64,000 bases of DNA. Origin: Verrucomicrobiaceae bacterium. GTDB taxonomy: Bacteria; Verrucomicrobiota; Verrucomicrobiia; Verrucomicrobiales; Akkermansiaceae. Shown here one piece after another: positions 62,033 through 64,000 of the stretch (the stretch's first letter is position 1; each line of letters begins with the position of its first letter). The notes under the pieces were generated by a model. The model searched no databases. It saw only the letters and a list, made by a program, of their open reading frames with translations, and had not been told where the DNA came from. The stretch is from contig JBPOGH010000006.1 in assembly GCA_051252135.1 (NCBI GenBank), positions 128,001 through 192,000 on the forward strand, written 5' to 3'. A program made the position numbers and the translations under genes.

Positions 62033-63043
62033 ATGATCTCGAAAAACCTCGTGGTGTTGACCCAGACCGAGATTGAAACGTTCCTCGTCGACGGTCGATT
62101 GGATACGTTGAAGAGGCTCGTTGAGCCCTGTCTCGTTATAGATGGCGAAGCGATGTCCGCTGATGAGTGGCGTCGGCTTCTTTCCGAACACAATCCCGAA
62201 ATCCTTGTGGCCGGGTGGAAGACACCGGCCTTGCCCGATGACGTTTTAAGTGAGGTGGCTCCGGGATTACGATACGTCTGCTACCTCCCCGGATCCATCC
62301 GGAAGCTGGTCACGCGTGAGATGATCGAGGCAGGCCTGCTCGTTTCCAATTGGGCTTCCTCCATCAGCCGGACCGTGGCGGAGTGCGCTCTTCTTTTGGC
62401 TTTATCCTGTATGAGAAGGGCGAGTTTTTGGAATGAAGAGATGCACAACCGCGGAGGTTGGAAGGATGGATCGACGCAGACCCAATCCCTTTTCGAGAGA
62501 CGTGTTGGGATTCACGGATACGGAGCGGTCGCGAAAGCACTGGTCCTGCTTCTGAGGCCATTTACCGACAGGATTTCGGCCTATTCGGAAGGCGTTCCAA
62601 TGGAGGTTTACGAGCAGGATGGAGTCGTGCTCTCCGAATCGCTGGAGGCCTTGTTCAGCGAAAACGATGTCATTTTTGAGATCGAGGCCTTAACCCCCGA
62701 GCGGGAGAACATCATTGATGAGGCGATGTTGCGTCGAATTCCCAAAGGCGGGACTTTTGTTAATATTGCGCGAGGGGCCCTGGTAAATGAGGAAGACCTT
62801 CTCAAGGTGGCCCTTGAAGGAGAGCTCCAATTTGGGCTCGATGTTTATCAAACGGAGCCGCTGCCTGCGGACCATGGCTTCCGGGGGTGTCATAATATTA
62901 TGTTACTCCCTCATTTGGGCGGGCCAACGACGGATCGGCGAAAAGACGCCGCCGATTACAGTTTGGAGAATTTAAGACGTTATCAACGGGGCGAAGATAT
63001 CCTTAGTCCGGTGACTGCGGAAATTTACGAACGGTCTACCTAA
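62033..63043 (+). CDS. D-2-hydroxyacid dehydrogenase family protein
   Basis: VGIHGYG, VNIARG, DVY..EP, PHLGG. Confidence 0.9.
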   Translation: MISKNLVVLTQTEIETFLVDGRLDTLKRLVEPCLVIDGEAMSADEWRRLLSEHNPEILVAGWKTPALPDDVLSEVAPGLRYVCYLPGSIRKLVTREMIEAGLLVSNWASSISRTVAECALLLALSCMRRASFWNEEMHNRGGWKDGSTQTQSLFERRVGIHGYGAVAKALVLLLRPFTDRISAYSEGVPMEVYEQDGVVLSESLEALFSENDVIFEIEALTPERENIIDEAMLRRIPKGGTFVNIARGALVNEEDLLKVALEGELQFGLDVYQTEPLPADHGFRGCHNIMLLPHLGGPTTDRRKDAADYSLENLRRYQRGEDILSPVTAEIYERST

Positions 63044-63049
63044 AATATC

Positions 63050-64000
63050 ATGGATACAGCGAATTTGAACGGATCATTGATGAAGAATTTTGGGCCGAAA
63101 CGGGAGTCAGTCCCGGTGGATTACCGGTGGTGGCAAAACCAGGCCAAGGACTTGATTTCTCCTCTCATCAAATTGATGGAGAAGGGGAAGGCCAGCATGC
63201 CGATTGAAGGCATGGCAAGTGACCACGATGAAAACGCGGATCGACTGGAATCGTTTGCCCGGCCTCTTTTACTTTGGGCCCATTGGCAAAAATCTCTGGA
63301 GGCTTATTCGGACAGCAATGACGACGCGATGACCGCGACTGCGAAGGAGTGGTTCCGCGAAGGTTTGTTAGCCGGGACAGATCCGGAGAGTCCGGAGTTC
63401 TGGGGGCATTCGGCGAACTTTCACCAGCACTCGGTCGAAATGGGTTTGATGGTGATCGGTCTTGAGTTGAGTCGTGAGCATCTTTGGAGCACGTTGACTG
63501 ATCCCGAGAAACAGCAGGTATTACTTTGGCTCGAGTCCGATGTGGGTAACGGACACCACTGGAACAACCATATGTTCTTTGGCATTCTGGTGATGGAATT
63601 TCTTATTGGGGAAGGCAGAGGGCACGAGGCCTATCGGCTGGTGATTGATCGTTGGTTTGAGGAGCTTGATGGAATGTATGCCAGTGAGGGCTGGTATATG
63701 GACGGAATGAATCAGGCTTTTGATTTCTACAATGCCTATGCGTGGCATTACTATGTTCTTTGGTGGATTTCGCTTTATGGGGAGAATGACAAGGAGCGCT
63801 GTCGGCGCTGGGGTGAACGGTGCGGGCGTTTTCTGGAGGACTACCCTCGTTTCTTTGCGGAGAGCGGAGAGCATCCTGCATTTGGGCGGTCGATTACTTA
63901 CCGGTTTAATGCGACGGCGCCGATCGGTCTTGCTCACGCCCTTGGAGTGAGCCCGCTGGAGCCCGGTTTGTCCCGGTCGCTTTGTCAGCGGAATCTGAAA
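63050..64000 (+). CDS. DUF2264 family protein (partial, runs off window; absent from ORF track)
   Basis: My translation from ATG 63050: LESFARPL, AGTDPESPEFWG, NNHMFF, GWYMDG, FDFYNAY, FGRSITYRF. Confidence 0.82.
   Translation, partial: MDTANLNGSLMKNFGPKRESVPVDYRWWQNQAKDLISPLIKLMEKGKASMPIEGMASDHDENADRLESFARPLLLWAHWQKSLEAYSDSNDDAMTATAKEWFREGLLAGTDPESPEFWGHSANFHQHSVEMGLMVIGLELSREHLWSTLTDPEKQQVLLWLESDVGNGHHWNNHMFFGILVMEFLIGEGRGHEAYRLVIDRWFEELDGMYASEGWYMDGMNQAFDFYNAYAWHYYVLWWISLYGENDKERCRRWGERCGRFLEDYPRFFAESGEHPAFGRSITYRFNATAPIGLAHALGVSPLEPGLSRSLCQRNLK

Noticed and set aside
63521..63950. Short ORF-track calls near the right end
   Set aside because: They overlap the DUF2264 reading frame starting at 63050, which the track missed because it has no stop within the window

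Overview
Chromosomal segment of a GC-rich bacterium, most likely Verrucomicrobiales (PVC-type heme protein, eukaryote-type UGPase, ACIII gene layout). It holds about 58 genes; I found no rRNA, tRNA, CRISPR array or transposase. The centrepiece is a ~17 kb respiratory operon (11.2-28.2 kb): alternative complex III (actABCDEF), a cbb3-like CcoN/CcoO pair plus a membrane cytochrome c, and an A1-type heme-copper oxidase (subunits I, III, IV, II). At residue level this operon is unusual. The CcoN homolog has lost 5 of 6 metal-ligand histidines. The CcoO homolog has Cys at the axial-Met position. The A1 subunit I lacks the K-channel lysine, and subunit III carries a ~360 aa insertion. Two tandem Rex/CRP-type operators precede the operon. 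Together this suggests an ACIII-(pseudo-cbb3)-aa3 supercomplex that I do not recognise as described. Other points of interest: a degenerate MglA-like GTPase with a disordered MglB-like partner, a rimK-deacylase-mgtE-CNNM cluster with a candidate sigma54 promoter, a vapBC module abutting an exonuclease gene with no canonical start codon, several leaderless-type promoters, and a sugar-utilisation locus running off the right end. All alignments were done by eye against remembered family motifs; no searches were run.
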